Program-made: the position numbers and the translations under genes
Shown: positions 13,141-25,292 of the stretch, one piece after another
Layout of the letters: the number at the start of each line of letters is the position of its first letter
How positions within the stretch are numbered: position 1 is the stretch's first letter
The notes under the pieces: generated by a model
What the model was told of the DNA's origin: nothing
What the model saw: only the letters and a program-made list of their open reading frames with translations
The model's database searches: none
NCBI GenBank assembly: GCA_002633005.1
Contig: NMRA01000267.1
Coordinates: forward strand, 492,976-556,975
DNA length: 64,000 nucleotides
Source of the DNA: Phoronis australis
Taxonomy: Eukaryota; Animalia; Phoronida
Direction of reading: 5' to 3'

Positions 13141-15020
13141 ATTCCACTACAACTTAGGCTAAATTTTGTAAATAGAAAACTGATTATTGAGTAACGTTGA
13201 AAAGTGAAGTGGATTGACGTACTACAGGTTAATACAAAGAGGTAAAAGCAATTTGTACATATGTAGAATACTGTACTTTGGGATGAAAAGATATCGCCAA
13301 TTACATTGGTACATGTATTATTTCACATGACGCCGCCCGAGTCAAATAGGGCTCTAAGTCAATACTATTCGATTGGCCATTTTTAGCTTCAACGTCAATG
13401 GTGATTAAAGTTGAAACAACTTAAAAAGCGAATTGAAGTCATGAACTGACTCACACTTGATGGGATGACTACATCAGTATATGAAAATGAATCATTTGAG
13501 GTAACATACATGTATGTGTACATGTGTTTGAATAATATAGCTGCAGTTGTCAAGTTCAGTGTAGTTTCATAGTCAAGACACAAGTGAGACGTAAAATTCC
13601 TTAAAAATATGCATTGCTAAGATGTAAGATGTTCTGATTTCACTCCTTGTTGTCTCATTGTTATTAGGAAGCTATGCGTATAAGGTGTAGCTAATTGACC
13701 CAGAAGTGCATTTTAAGTACTTACACTTGCAAAATCAAAATTCAAGCGAGTTGTACTTTTTGCTGCACCGAGCTTCTCTGTGGGACAAAAATTGCTATGC
13801 CAATATCAAAATCAAAATTTATCGGCGAGAGCTCGTTTTGGCTTACTTTGAGCGCATAATAATGTTATTGGGTCACAGGTTTCATTCAGAGAATGTCTTG
13901 TAATAATGTGTCTGCACGTTCTCACTTCTACTAGCCTCTAAATTTATGTGAACGTGTACCAAGAGAGTATGCAGTGGCTTTTTGGTAACTACTATGAAGC
14001 AATTTCTGGACTTTAGGATTTGGGGTAGGTCACTAAAATGTGTGCGTAACAGAGGAGAATGGCCTTAAGCATTGTTGAACTGAGAACAAAAAAAACAGAT
14101 CGAACTTTAATCATTTTAAATTGTAAATAATGAATTTCCGTGAAAAGTACATTTCTGCACACGATTTTTCAGGTTTGATTTTAAGCTGTGTCAACTTTTC
14201 TACATGTACATCAACTTGATACCAGCTTTGCATTTATTTTTTTTTTCATTTGGCTGCAGAAATGGCAGTGTTGAAATTTTCACTTTCTGATATTACGAAG
14301 GCTCATTCGACACCCACATACTAGAGACTTTGGAAACATGGCGTGGAGAACTTTGGCAAAGCATGTGGCAATGCTTAAGGTATCAGAAAGTGCTGTCGAA
14401 GTGTAGTTAGCTCATTAGTGGAACAAAACTTGTTTCTATAACTTTTTTACGCACAAAGGCCTAAAAAACTTTCATGGTGCGAGCACCCCTGCAAATTGAG
14501 TGTAATCTGGGCCAGGACCAATACGTAGTGCGCAACACCACGACCAATAGCAACTCTTCATCTCTGCAGAGGCTTGTTTTGTGACAAGTGTTAAAACCAT
14601 GACTGATGGACTTACAATCCTTAGCAAAATGCAATGGTTTTATTTAGCATGATTTACGATTGATAGCGTTAACTGTGTTTCATTTTTGCGTTCAGTGTCG
14701 ATGGTCTCAAATGATGAATTATTTATTAAAGAAGTGCGTACTGCATTGTTGCATTCGTTCTTTGTCCAGAATAATTATGTTAGGAGTATCTTTGGAACAA
14801 CAGTTTGTAGTTCCTTGACTGTGATAAAATATTTCCACACTGACAAGACCTTCGCGTTCAATCTTTGCGCGGTGCGGAATCGTTACGAGGGCCCCATTCA
14901 AGATCAGTCATGTTATGGCTTCAGTCTATATTCACAAAGTAAATTCCAATATTACAATGTAAGTTTGCAATTGTCCGGAAACAATAGTCCACAAACGTTC
15001 TTCCACCAACGGAATGACAA

Positions 15021-15164
15021 TTAGTCCAATGGGCATCCGTAGAGTTCAAAACGGAGACAGGCGATTGCGTGTGGCGTCCAAGTCCTGGGAACAATTCTAA
15101 CATATCTGGTTTCCAGCGGAGGATTGAGTGTTGTGCTAACACTGCCTTGACCGGCCAGTAAGGA
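15021..15164 (-). CDS. Terminal exon: F5/8 type C domain, part 3
   Basis: SLLAGQGSVSTTLNPPLETRYVRIVPRTWTPHAIACLRFELYGCPLD*; a minus-strand AATAAA lies near 14722-14727. Confidence 0.88.
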   Translation of the reverse strand, partial: SLLAGQGSVSTTLNPPLETRYVRIVPRTWTPHAIACLRFELYGCPLD

Positions 15165-15529
15165 CTAAAAAGAAATTTTACTACATGTTAACGCATTGTA
15201 AATTATTAGATCATCAGGGGCTTTAACAATGTTACATGCGCATGCACGCGTGGACGGGATTTCCCTTGTGTAAAGTGTTACTAAAAGCCGATTTTCTGAT
15301 CATACATGTATGAACTAGAGGGAGCGCTGTGGTATTCCGGGAAGTGATTATCATGTCCCTCCAACAGAGGGGGCGCTGTGATTATTATGTCCCTACAATA
15401 AACACAAATGATTTCGAACAATCTCCGCTTTGTATCTTTGAAAGTCGTACTTTTATTCCCATCCAGTACACGAAAAGGTGTATTGCAGTGCATTGCAATA
15501 CCAGACATGAACAAACCCTTTCAAATTAC

Positions 15530-15659
15530 CGTTGAATCCCTCGTCCTATCCAGGTACAAACTCCAGTAGCGGCCATCGTTACTGTACTTTAGTGCATACG
15601 TATTTAAGTGATAATTCTCGTCACCGCGTCCTTGAACCGTGAGAGCCGTAATTCGGTAT
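15530..15659 (-). CDS. Exon: F5/8 type C domain, part 2
   Basis: RYRITALTVQGRGDENYHLNTYALKYSNDGRYWSLYLDRTRDST; phase 2-0. Confidence 0.88.
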
Positions 15660-16023
15660 CTGAAAAGTGTAAAATAGTTAATTTGATCCGTTTCTAAGAA
15701 CTTTTGGGGGTTGGTGGCTTTAAAAGACCCGCTAAAATGACTCCATTGTCAGTGTTCCAAACATTGATCAGTAGAATTCTACAACGGTCCATCTCCGATG
15801 TTTTCTGCTAATTTTATTAAACCGGTCCGCGAAGTGGTCATTTATGTGTGAATACGGAGTTACACCTTACTTTTAATTGCGAATCTTTTTCATAACAAAC
15901 GTCATGGCTTGGTTGTCAAAGGAAAGTCGTATACCAGACTTTCTTACTCAAGCAAGTGCACAATTAATTAAGTTCGTACAAAGGTGCCTGCATGAAGTTG
16001 GATACGGATATCCGTCTATTCAC

Positions 16024-16206
16024 CTGATGTCGAATTTCACGTGTATCCACGGATCGCTAAGGGACGCTGTACACCACGCGTAGCACAGGCGTGATCCACT
16101 GGCGGTCTTTCGGCTGTTTAATCTGGCATGGGACTTAGGGCACTGTCCAACTTGGCTTGATGCCGGTCCGGCACAACTCTGGTTTGCATCAGTGGAGTAT
16201 TGCAAG
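16024..16206 (-). CDS. Exon: F5/8 type C (discoidin) domain, part 1, frameshifted
   Basis: ACNTPLMQTRVVPD // ASSQVGQCPKSHARLNSRKTASGSRLCYAWCTASLSDPWIHVKFDI; the frame changes near 16165. Confidence 0.8.
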
Positions 16207-16554
16207 CTAGTCGAACAATAAACAATCAAAACAGATAATACATTTTCGGAAGACGCTGTTAACAAAGTTGTGCTTCTGGGAGTTCATTTTCTTCGTAAGT
16301 CTTTACATTAAAGTGCATTACCTTACTGGTATTCAGTCACATGTCTCTACACGAGTAACCACATACGGCCATCAAAAGCAATCCCAGGCGACCCTTTCTG
16401 TTGATGATAATTGTGTTTTATCTCTTTTCCTTCCCTTACTCGGGAAATGTCTCCTTACTGAACTGTATTTAAGCAAAATCGCGAAACATTCATGATTCCC
16501 GCGACATGCGTTGTAGTTTTTTTATGAGAAGGTTTTGCCACCTGATCACCGTCA

Positions 16555-18570
16555 ATGAGCTTATTTGAGCAAATTAAGCCGTGAAATAGCGATGTTACTT
16601 TGACAAAAACGTCATTAATTTGAACGGACAGAACTAAGGAATTTGCTCTACTCTCCTTCTGCCTGACCTCTTCATTTTATTTGCGATGTTGTTTGCTCAT
16701 TACCTCCAGAAAATGGAGCATTCCTTGGCGGTGTCGTCGTCGTTTTTGCCCCTGTTGTTGGGTGAGGTCTTGGTCGTGTACCTTTAAAGGTATGATGTCA
16801 AAAAATCTACTTTCACTATTAAAGATACTACGTGTGGTCTTGATTTCGAATCCTTTGGCAAACAAAGGTCGTAATCGCCTATCAACTGATCGATTTGGAA
16901 CGTCTGGAGTAGTTTCGTAGTCACAGACTGCGAAAATACTCGATGAGTTCTGAACTGGTCAAGTCACAAAGCGGTCCCACCGAATCAAATTCTTTTGTCC
17001 TAGAACATAGCAGTAGCCACTGGTCAACGGCATCCGTATTCACCTGTTTGTGAGATTTCTATACACTTTGGTCATATCTAGGTGACGATCGAAGCACTTT
17101 ACTGCCACATGTACATGTATCTAATGAGTGAATCATGTTAGAGAATAAGAAAAATGAACAAATGACTATGTATTCTTCGTTGTGCATTATTTTCAAACCG
17201 ACCTCAGATCGCCTTGGCTCAATACATTCTTGTACCGAAAATCACTACTGTGGAAGTCATTTATCATGTCAGCATGAAAACCATAGTACTGCACTACATA
17301 TTAGATCAAGCACTGACGTACGCCCGTCCAGAATTAAGTCACATCCATTGGCTGTGCTTGACATACCCGCCCCTTGCGGCCCATCTGTGGCACGCTGCAG
17401 CGTTGTGGATGTTTGAACAATCTGTGCTTGCAATGAAATTGGAAATCTGTCATTGAGCTCATTTGAGACCATTAAGCCGTGAAAAGACTCTATTATTTGA
17501 CAAAAACGTCACAAATTTGAACAGGTGAAACTGAGGAATTTGACGTACTCTCCTTCTGCCTGACCTCTTCGTATTTTTCGTAACTTAGTTCTTGCCGCTG
17601 TTGTTGGCTGAGGTCTTGATCTTGTACCTTAAAAGGTGATGTCAAAACATCTAATTTCACTAATTAAAGATACTACGTGTGGTCTTGATTTCGAATCCTT
17701 TGGCAAACAAAGGTCATAATCACTTAACAACTAATCCATTTGGAACATCTCGGGTATTTTTGTAGTCACAGACTGCGAAAATTCTCGGTGTGTTACGAAA
17801 TGGCCAAGCCACAAAGCACCCCACCGAATAAAACTGTTTTCGCCTACAACATAGGAGTAGCCGCTGGTCAACGGCATCTGTATTCACCTATATGCGAGAT
17901 TCCTGTACAAATCGGTCATTTCTAGGTGACGATCGAATAACTTTACTGCTACATGTATCAAATTACTTTTAACATGTTATAGAATAGGAAAAATGAACAA
18001 ACGTCTATGTCTTCCACGCGCGCACCGGGCGGGGAGGAAGGGGGGGGGGGAGGAGGACTCTAAAGAGCCCACCATTTGGCGACGTGAGCAAAATAAGTCC
18101 GCCTCAAAGAATCAAAAACTCCAAAAAACAGTAGAAAAGTCCACTAAAAAGACAGGAACTACCCAAATTCGGCAAATGCAAAACTCATAGCTTTGAACGT
18201 ACCCCGTGAAGCTCAGGGAAAGGCCAGCATTCTTAAAAATTAGAGCCCCACATTTTTAGGCTGAGTGCGCGCATGTCTTCTTCGTTGTGCATTGTTTTCC
18301 AACTGAGCAAAGATCGACGTTTGTCAATGTGTACTGAAAATTACTACTCTGGAACTCTTTTGTCACGTCAGCTAACGGAGGCATACTCTGTGCATGTAAA
18401 CTACAGTGCCGCACCAAATATTAGATCAAACACTCACTGCATTCGTTGCACGCCAGTGCACAATTAGGTAACATCCATTGGGGGTTCTTAACACACTCGC
18501 CTCTTGCCGCCCATCTGTCGCACGCTGCAGTGTTGTGGACGTTTGAACACTCTGCGCAAGCAGTGAAAGA
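16555..18570. repeat. Two diverged tandem copies of a ~900-bp unit (intronic)
   Basis: TAAGCCGTGAAA...TTTGACAAAAACGTC at ~16576 and ~17473, and AAAGATACTACGTGTGGTCTTGATTTCGAATCCTTTGGCAAACAAAGGTC in both copies. Confidence 0.85.
18015..18275. mobile_element. Small hAT-like MITE inserted in the second copy of the ~900-bp duplication
   Basis: TIRs CACGCGCGCAC / GTGCGCGCATG flanked by duplicated (ATG)TCTTC; the empty site is visible in copy 1 at ~17167-17180. Confidence 0.8.
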
Positions 18571-20154
18571 TATACATGAAAGTGATAGGTGGCGCCTGCC
18601 ACGTTCATTTATTTCAGCAACTCTACCAGGAGAAAACGTTTATTCATTTTCTTTCTTCAGCACTATTGCACGGTGCAAAGTTTTACTTGAATCCTCAGAA
18701 AGTGCATACTGTTTTCATCCAATTCCAGATTTATGCGTTGTTAAACCACACATTTGTCAGGATCGTTATGATATACGGAAACATGGGCACACACATCGCT
18801 TGAGATGAGATGCCATCAGTAGGTAAACATACAAAAACAGGGACTAGCCAGCTGAGCTCACAGCCCGACTCGTTGGTCCTGAAAGTTAGTGCTTGTTTTA
18901 CATTCAAATCGAGTTGAGGTTGTGTAGACTGGATGGAGGAGGTTGTGGGCTATGGGTCGAGGGAGTTGTAGGTCGAGGGGATCATGGGTAGATGGGGTCG
19001 CGGGGTTTTTAGAACAATCCGTAATTTAGGGGTAAAAACTAAAACTCTATTAAATAGGTTAACGTTAATCAATATTCAGTTTTTACATGTACCTCTTGCT
19101 TGTCTCCAGCAATTTGGGCTAACACCTTGAGCATTATATTGCTGATATTTTCACGATTTTCGTTTAAATTGTTTCAAATGTTTAATGTTGCTTGTACATG
19201 TAAATACTTTTTCGAGAAGGGCCATAGGATGCCATGGGATGAAAATGGTGGCAGACGATGGTACCCGAGTTTGACAAAGATGAATTTGTGTGTTGAATTG
19301 CTGCCTTTCTGTAGCCCTGTAGTGTTGACTGATAGTGACATAGGATGGGTGACTCCGGTAAAAGTCGACGACGCCAATCAAGAATTGAGGTCAGTCGTCT
19401 GCTTTTGACATACTTTTCCAATTCAGTATTTGCCTTGCAATTCCTATTCAATCCTAGGTTTTGTTAACAAAATAACAACACCCTTCGCATGCTCTTTCAA
19501 TTTGATTAGTTAAAAACAAAATTTGTGAAATTTAAATGCAGGATCTTTTCATTTTTAAATGCACTTTCAATGAGGTGGAAAACGTCAAAAAAAATTAGCA
19601 ACTAAAAGCACCCACGAAAATTATCATGTTAAAGCACCTGCAGATCAGGGTCGTTTGACTAACAATACAATTCAGTGAACAAATGAATTCACCAAGATGA
19701 CTAGTTCGTTTTCGTCGTTTATAATTTTAACATGCACATAAACTTCTATACATTTTATAATTTCAAAAGAAGCTCCAGCTAAGCATTTGCCTTACAGTTG
19801 AATCTAAACATTTTTCCATAAGTGTTTACCAGCACCTTTATAAAATTCATCAAAGTTGATAAATGATCTTCGTAGATTAATTTTTTGTAGTGGCATACAG
19901 TATATATGCAGTAAAGCAAGAACGAACTGTTCAAAAGTAGAACCATTTCATCAAACGAATGGAATTTTAACCTAAATGTATGTGCATATGTCATGTTAGA
20001 TCAAGCCCTATGTACATAAAATATAACGATTTGTAGTCGTGGTTCATCCAAGTAATTTTGGGCATGACTTCCACGAAGAGTGTACTTGAAAGAAGACTCA
20101 TTTCTTTTAAACAGAGCATAAATGTAGCTAGCACTGATCGTAAGGTGTCACTAC

Positions 20155-20187
20155 CTGTTGGTGGTACTGTTGGCAGTGGTGGAGAAC
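20155..20187 (-). CDS. Exon: 33-nt Pro-rich linker micro-exon
   Basis: GSPPLPTVPPT; ttctttcgaag acceptor, gtagtg donor; phase 1-1. Confidence 0.6.
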
Positions 20188-20540
20188 CTTCGAAAGAAAA
20201 ACGGCAGATTGAAAGCATTGTGACAAATTCAGATATTGCAAGTTTGAGTATGCTTCATGTAAACACTGTCAGAATTTCACAAACATATCTGGTGTACATC
20301 TGAATGTCATATTAAGCACGAATTTAATCGAAAGGGGTCCATTGTCCATGTCTCAGGGGGAGACGAAATTTACTGTTGCATTAAATAACTGTAGATATAT
20401 TATCATACAGAAGTCAAGCGTGTGGATAAACTTTCGTCAAATCATAATGTGAGGACGGGTACAGGTACATGTAAGGGTGACGGCTGAAACTCCTACGTTA
20501 TTCATCTAATCTTCAAAATTCTAAAAATCCCAGAGCTTAC

Positions 20541-20660
20541 CACAAATGCCGCATGCCAGTGCACAGTTCACATGCATCCAAATCGGGTTTTCCTCGTACT
20601 CTCCAGTAGCAGCCCAACCATTGCATTGAGTAGTGTCGTGTGTGTTCACACATGGACCCC
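20541..20660 (-). CDS. Exon: ShKT (ShK toxin-like) domain
   Basis: GPCVNTHDTTQCNGWAATGEYEENPIWMHVNCALACGIC (CxxWAxxGECxxNPxWMxxNCxxxCxxC, third Cys -> Tyr); 120 nt, phase 1-1. Confidence 0.88.
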
Positions 20661-21829
20661 CTGGAAGGAGTACAGTTTATTTTTACGACGTACAATAAAT
20701 GATATTATACCACAATATTAGCGTCAAATGGCAGATACAACCGTGTAATAACCCATAAAGTTATCTCACTAGTGTGAAAATAGAATACCTAAATGAGCAC
20801 GCGCAATAATCGCACGTTCAACAAACCGCATAGTACTGTGCTTATGCGCTATGAAAAATAAGACACATAATTTCCATAAAAATGATATCTTAATTCAGCG
20901 ATTTTTTTTCTCTCGTGTCCTCTTACTTGTAAATCACCGATCTCCAGTTTGAATGCGGTATCGTGTCGTCAGGATCTTTGACTTGAGAATTATATTCAGT
21001 TACCAGTGGTAACCTACTTTAGCAGACGAAAATTTCCCGGTCGAATCTTAGCGTGAAAAAAAGTGTTTTAAGCTACATGTATAATAGTTAGTAAACCTTA
21101 ATTTATAAATTCAATTTGTTTCTATTATATTTAAGTTTTCAATTGGTTTTGAGTAAAAGCATTATTTGACAATAATAGCCCCGGCCGGCTTTTCTTAAAA
21201 GGTCACGACCTCCGACCCCAGGCCTCTGACATAGAAAGTATTTACAAAGCCGTGGAGAGTCAGAAAAGGTAAATCGATTCATTGCAATGTTTCTCGCTTA
21301 GTATGTGGTATGCCCCTCGGGCGATAATTCTCCAAAATCCACTCGGGCTCTAGATAACGGGGGATAACGACTTCGCCATGTAATAATCTATATTTATTAC
21401 ATGTGCCTTAAAATACGACCACTGAGACTTCTTTCCCATGATTTTTTCGAATCTTATTAGGTTACCATGTTGGTATCTGCCTTCATGTATTGGCAACATC
21501 TGCTTTATATTGTAGTCAGAATTTATAAATTCTTCAGCGTTCACGATTGACTGGCGACATCTGAAGTCCGGGCGGTACGAATGAAAACTAATTTTCAATG
21601 GCCAGATTGTTCAAGCGCAAATTAGCCAATCAGTGGAAAAAACTATGAGTGGTCGTGCGATAACTTTGCATGCAAAAGGCAGTTAAGTTGCTACCACGTG
21701 TACATGTTTAATTTCACTATACCTGAGTGCCAACTAAAATATGCAAAGAGCTCTTAAAGATAATTCTGTGACACTGTCAGACTGATTGGTATGTTGTTCT
21801 ACAGTTTTTCATGTCTTTCAGTCGCCTAC

Positions 21830-21971
21830 CTGTCGGCGGTGGTCTGGTAGTAGGCGGTGGTAGGGTGGGTGGAGTTGGCTTATGTTGAACAGGACATTTT
21901 CCTCGGGTAACCACAATATCGTCAATGCTCGCGTATCCCATCCCTTCGCCTTTCATAGCGCTGATTACAAT
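21830..21971 (-). CDS. Exon: MAM domain end plus Pro/Thr linker
   Basis: IVISAMKGEGMGYASIDDIVVTRGKCPVQHKPTPPTLPPPTTRPPPT (MAM IDDI....G.C motif); phase 0-1. Confidence 0.85.
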
Positions 21972-22055
21972 CTAACAGAAAATTTGTTGGAACTTGAAAA
22001 CAACACAATATTTTGGTGTTCGGTGTTTGCCTAGTATTCAAATGAATGAAGTTAA

Positions 22056-23465
22056 AGGAGAATGCCACCCGATTTAATTAGTTTCTGTTACCGTCTTCAA
22101 CTATATCCACATCACCTCGTTCATAGTAGATCTCGCCTAGGCGAAAGGTGTCGCGTTACCCTGTGAGAAAGATGAGTACACGACCCAGTGACATCAGTGG
22201 TTCTCCAGCTGAGTTTGTGCCGCTGTGGTGTGGTGTATAGTTTTCGCTTGTGCGAACCATGAAGCTGCAAGGAAAGCGAGTGTATCGTTTTTTTGATTTT
22301 CTCGACAACCCAAAATGCTTTAGAAGTGTTCCGCGGCAAAAAGAACGAAAACTACGCCGTTAATACCAAGTATGAGGCCGTGAAATTTCTCCGTTTCTGT
22401 GGCCGACATTGTTCTGTTTCAAATTGAATTATTTTCACCCTAACCAAAGTTATATCAAACGGAAACAATGTCAAAGTTCGTCACAGTAGATGCAATTTGT
22501 AATGCCTTACGGGTGTTCGTGATTGCAAATGGTTTGAGAAATCAACAATGAATAAATCATACTTCGCTACCCGTCTGGCTTCAGATGCAATAAAAAACGA
22601 AATTGACTGCCATGTGAGTCCCTGTTAATTCACTGCTTGCTGACAGAACGGTGTTGTGAAACTATAACTCGATTTTATATGCCACGGTCAGATGTTAGAG
22701 GAATCTTTACTTATACATATATCCATCATTCAAATTATTGTCATTCTACATCTCTCCCTGTACTGTTCTGTGGAAGGGAAACATGGCTTCGCAGCCTCAA
22801 ACGAGCAAGTAGATTTGTAATTTCGCGGCAAATTCACCGAAAAATTCACATGCACATTATTTATTTAGTTCGCTAGCTCCGTCTTTTCGTGACTTCAATT
22901 TTCGCAGCCGACTAATCAGGCTGGTATGTTCGTAATGTCTCCAGTCCGGCCGTGACGGGCCTGATAGGGTTCCTAGCCATTGGGTTATAAGGGGGTTTGT
23001 GATTAGAACAGAAAAAAATCGCAGTTCTAAAACTACAACACATGGCTATGCTCTCCTGTTGGTATTTCACAAAAATAAATCTAACTTATCGCCGAACACA
23101 CTCAAAACTTCCCGCGACCGACCTCGGTAAGTTGGCCTACCGAAGTTTGTAGGCGTATGGTACATGTACGTTCAAAATTTCTATCAACCCTTTAACACCG
23201 AAATAAAACGACTCATTTGTTTAAAAACTTGTATGTATTTTTAAGGACTTTAAATCAAATGTTGATGATTTATTGGTGTAAAACGATGAATTCAAGGTAT
23301 AAGCTAACACCAGTAAGCGTCTTGTGAACTGCTGAGCAGACTGTTAGAACCTGTGTCGTCATTGGTTAACTTCAGCACCTCCGTCTGAACGAACGGAACT
23401 TGTTGTTATCGAGTGGAATTACTCGATCTAAATTCATACAAAATACTTTTTTGTAGCATTCTCCT
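22056..23465 (+). mobile_element. Kolobok-type non-autonomous DNA transposon with decayed THAP remnant (copy 1)
   Basis: TTAA|AGGAGAATGCCACCCG ... GTAGCATTCTCCT|CTAA; colinear with 29144-30838. Confidence 0.8.
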
Positions 23466-23678
23466 CTAAAACCAGTTCTCATCACACGTTTCGTCATAAT
23501 CACTAAAGAGTTTCGCATACAGGTTAAGCGCAAACGTGAACGTTTGAGAAACCAAAGGTCACAGACTTACGCTCGTGCATGCGTTGTTTTCCATTTTTCT
23601 CTTTCGGGTATTCCACGTACGCCCAATTAAGTGGTAGAGTTCTAGTCAACAACAAAACTGACGGTCTAAGTGCTGTGC

Positions 23679-24070
23679 CTGAACCTGGAGTCTGCTTAAT
23701 CCCAAGATCACGCATGCAAAAACTTGGAATACGCGAGGCAGCTTGACAAGTTCGCTCAAATAATCACGTTCACGTTCATAAAAAATACACTGCTCTAAAT
23801 CAAATTACATTTGAATAAATAATGTCGATTTTAACCAACGTTTTCTCAACTACTGTCGCTTAATTTCACCAAACAATAATTGATTTAACCATTCAAATAT
23901 TCCTCCGATGCTGTGACACAAGTTACGGTGAAGGAGAAAAGCCGTTATCATGAGGCCAATAACTACAAAAACTCTTTACACTGAAAAAAATCACTTTATT
24001 GCCTTAAAAACATTCAATTTTAAGTTCATGCATACGTGATCTTGAAATTGAACAGGATTCCAAGTTCACT
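23679..24070. mobile_element. Foldback MITE
   Basis: TGAACCTGGAGTCTGCTTAATCCCAAGATCACGCATGCA versus the inverted TGCATACGTGATCTTGAAATTGAACAGGATTCCAAGTTCA. Confidence 0.6.
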
Positions 24071-24469
24071 CACAGCATAAGGTTTGTTGGATTTGGCGCT
24101 CTGAGAGACGACTTCGACTAACTGGACTTGCTTATGTGAGATGCGGATGATAAACCACGAAAAAATACAACCAACGCATTCAAAGGGGTTTGACTTCGGA
24201 GTTTATGTATTGTGGAATCAAAATTTCCACAAAAATATCCGAGATTCTGAATTGATGAGCAGTTTATCAGCTTCACCCAGTCATCACAGTCGTAGGTTAG
24301 TCATAAGCTCTCAAACTCTGTTGACAATGCCAAAACATTCCCACCAAATATGTAATCGTGCAGTATTGTCCCATAACATCCCAACATTCAGAGACTAGAT
24401 TAAATACATAATAAACACGATTATCATCTTTAATCGCAAAGTGCTCAAAAACACCAAAAGCAGCTATCA

Positions 24470-24800
24470 TAAAGATGGTTTACCAAAACCAGATTTCAAA
24501 CTCAAACCTCGTCTTCCTAAATCTGTTGTAATTTTCTATAACGAACTTGCATTTCACCAACGTGGTTGAAAAGCCTTAACAGGGAGCGAGTTTATTAAAA
24601 CCAGGTTTAAAGTATTCAAGGCACCCTACTGTGTTGATCTGGATTAACTAAAAAAGAAACAGTGAAGTGCATCAATGCAACCATGATCATATTTCTATAC
24701 AATGGCACACAGTAGTAGAATCAGTGCAAACATTTGGAGTTATGACTGTTAACAATTAAATGAGACAAAAGTCTGTAAGCTTTTCTCATGAGAGTAATAC
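24470..24800. mobile_element. Fragment of the CAGCCGATTTCAT-TIR element family
   Basis: ACTTGCATTTCACCAAC, AAACCAGGTTTAAAGTAT and CACCCTACTGTGTTGATCTG match 62578-62700. Confidence 0.65.
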
Positions 24801-25119
24801 GTTTCCTTACATTACTGATCACAAAAAAGTCAATGTTATAAAGAACAAGAAAAATGGTGTTAAATCACGTTAAACGCAACAGAGAGATATTGCACCGCAC
24901 GTACGCGCAGCCAACCACCTTTTGGCATTGAACGTAGCGCCTACGCACCGTAAGTTATGTTCAGTGCTCAAGGTGATTTGGCGGGCTTTCGGCGCCTGCT
25001 TACCTCTACTTTTACCACTAAAGCACAGCTTAAATAGCATTCTTCAATAACTCGTGCAACGACGAAAAATCCTCATGCTTCGACTCAAACTTCGATCATG
25101 ATCATTGAATAAGTCCTAC

Positions 25120-25292
25120 CTCCACCGGGAAACGGATTCTTGAACCGTCACCATTTGGATCAAGCTCACTCTCAAACAACTCCCATTTCCAGTCCGAAGC
25201 ATAAGATCGCGTATTCCGGAATGAATTATAAAGCTGGTCGCCCCGTTGTCCGTTTGACGAATAGTAAACGTCGACGCCAACAAGCATCTTAC
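25120..25292 (-). CDS. Exon: MAM domain, part 2
   Basis: GKMLVGVDVYYSSNGQRGDQLYNSFRNTRSYASDWKWELFESELDPNGDGSRIRFPVE; phase 1-0, fits both neighbouring exons. Confidence 0.75.
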
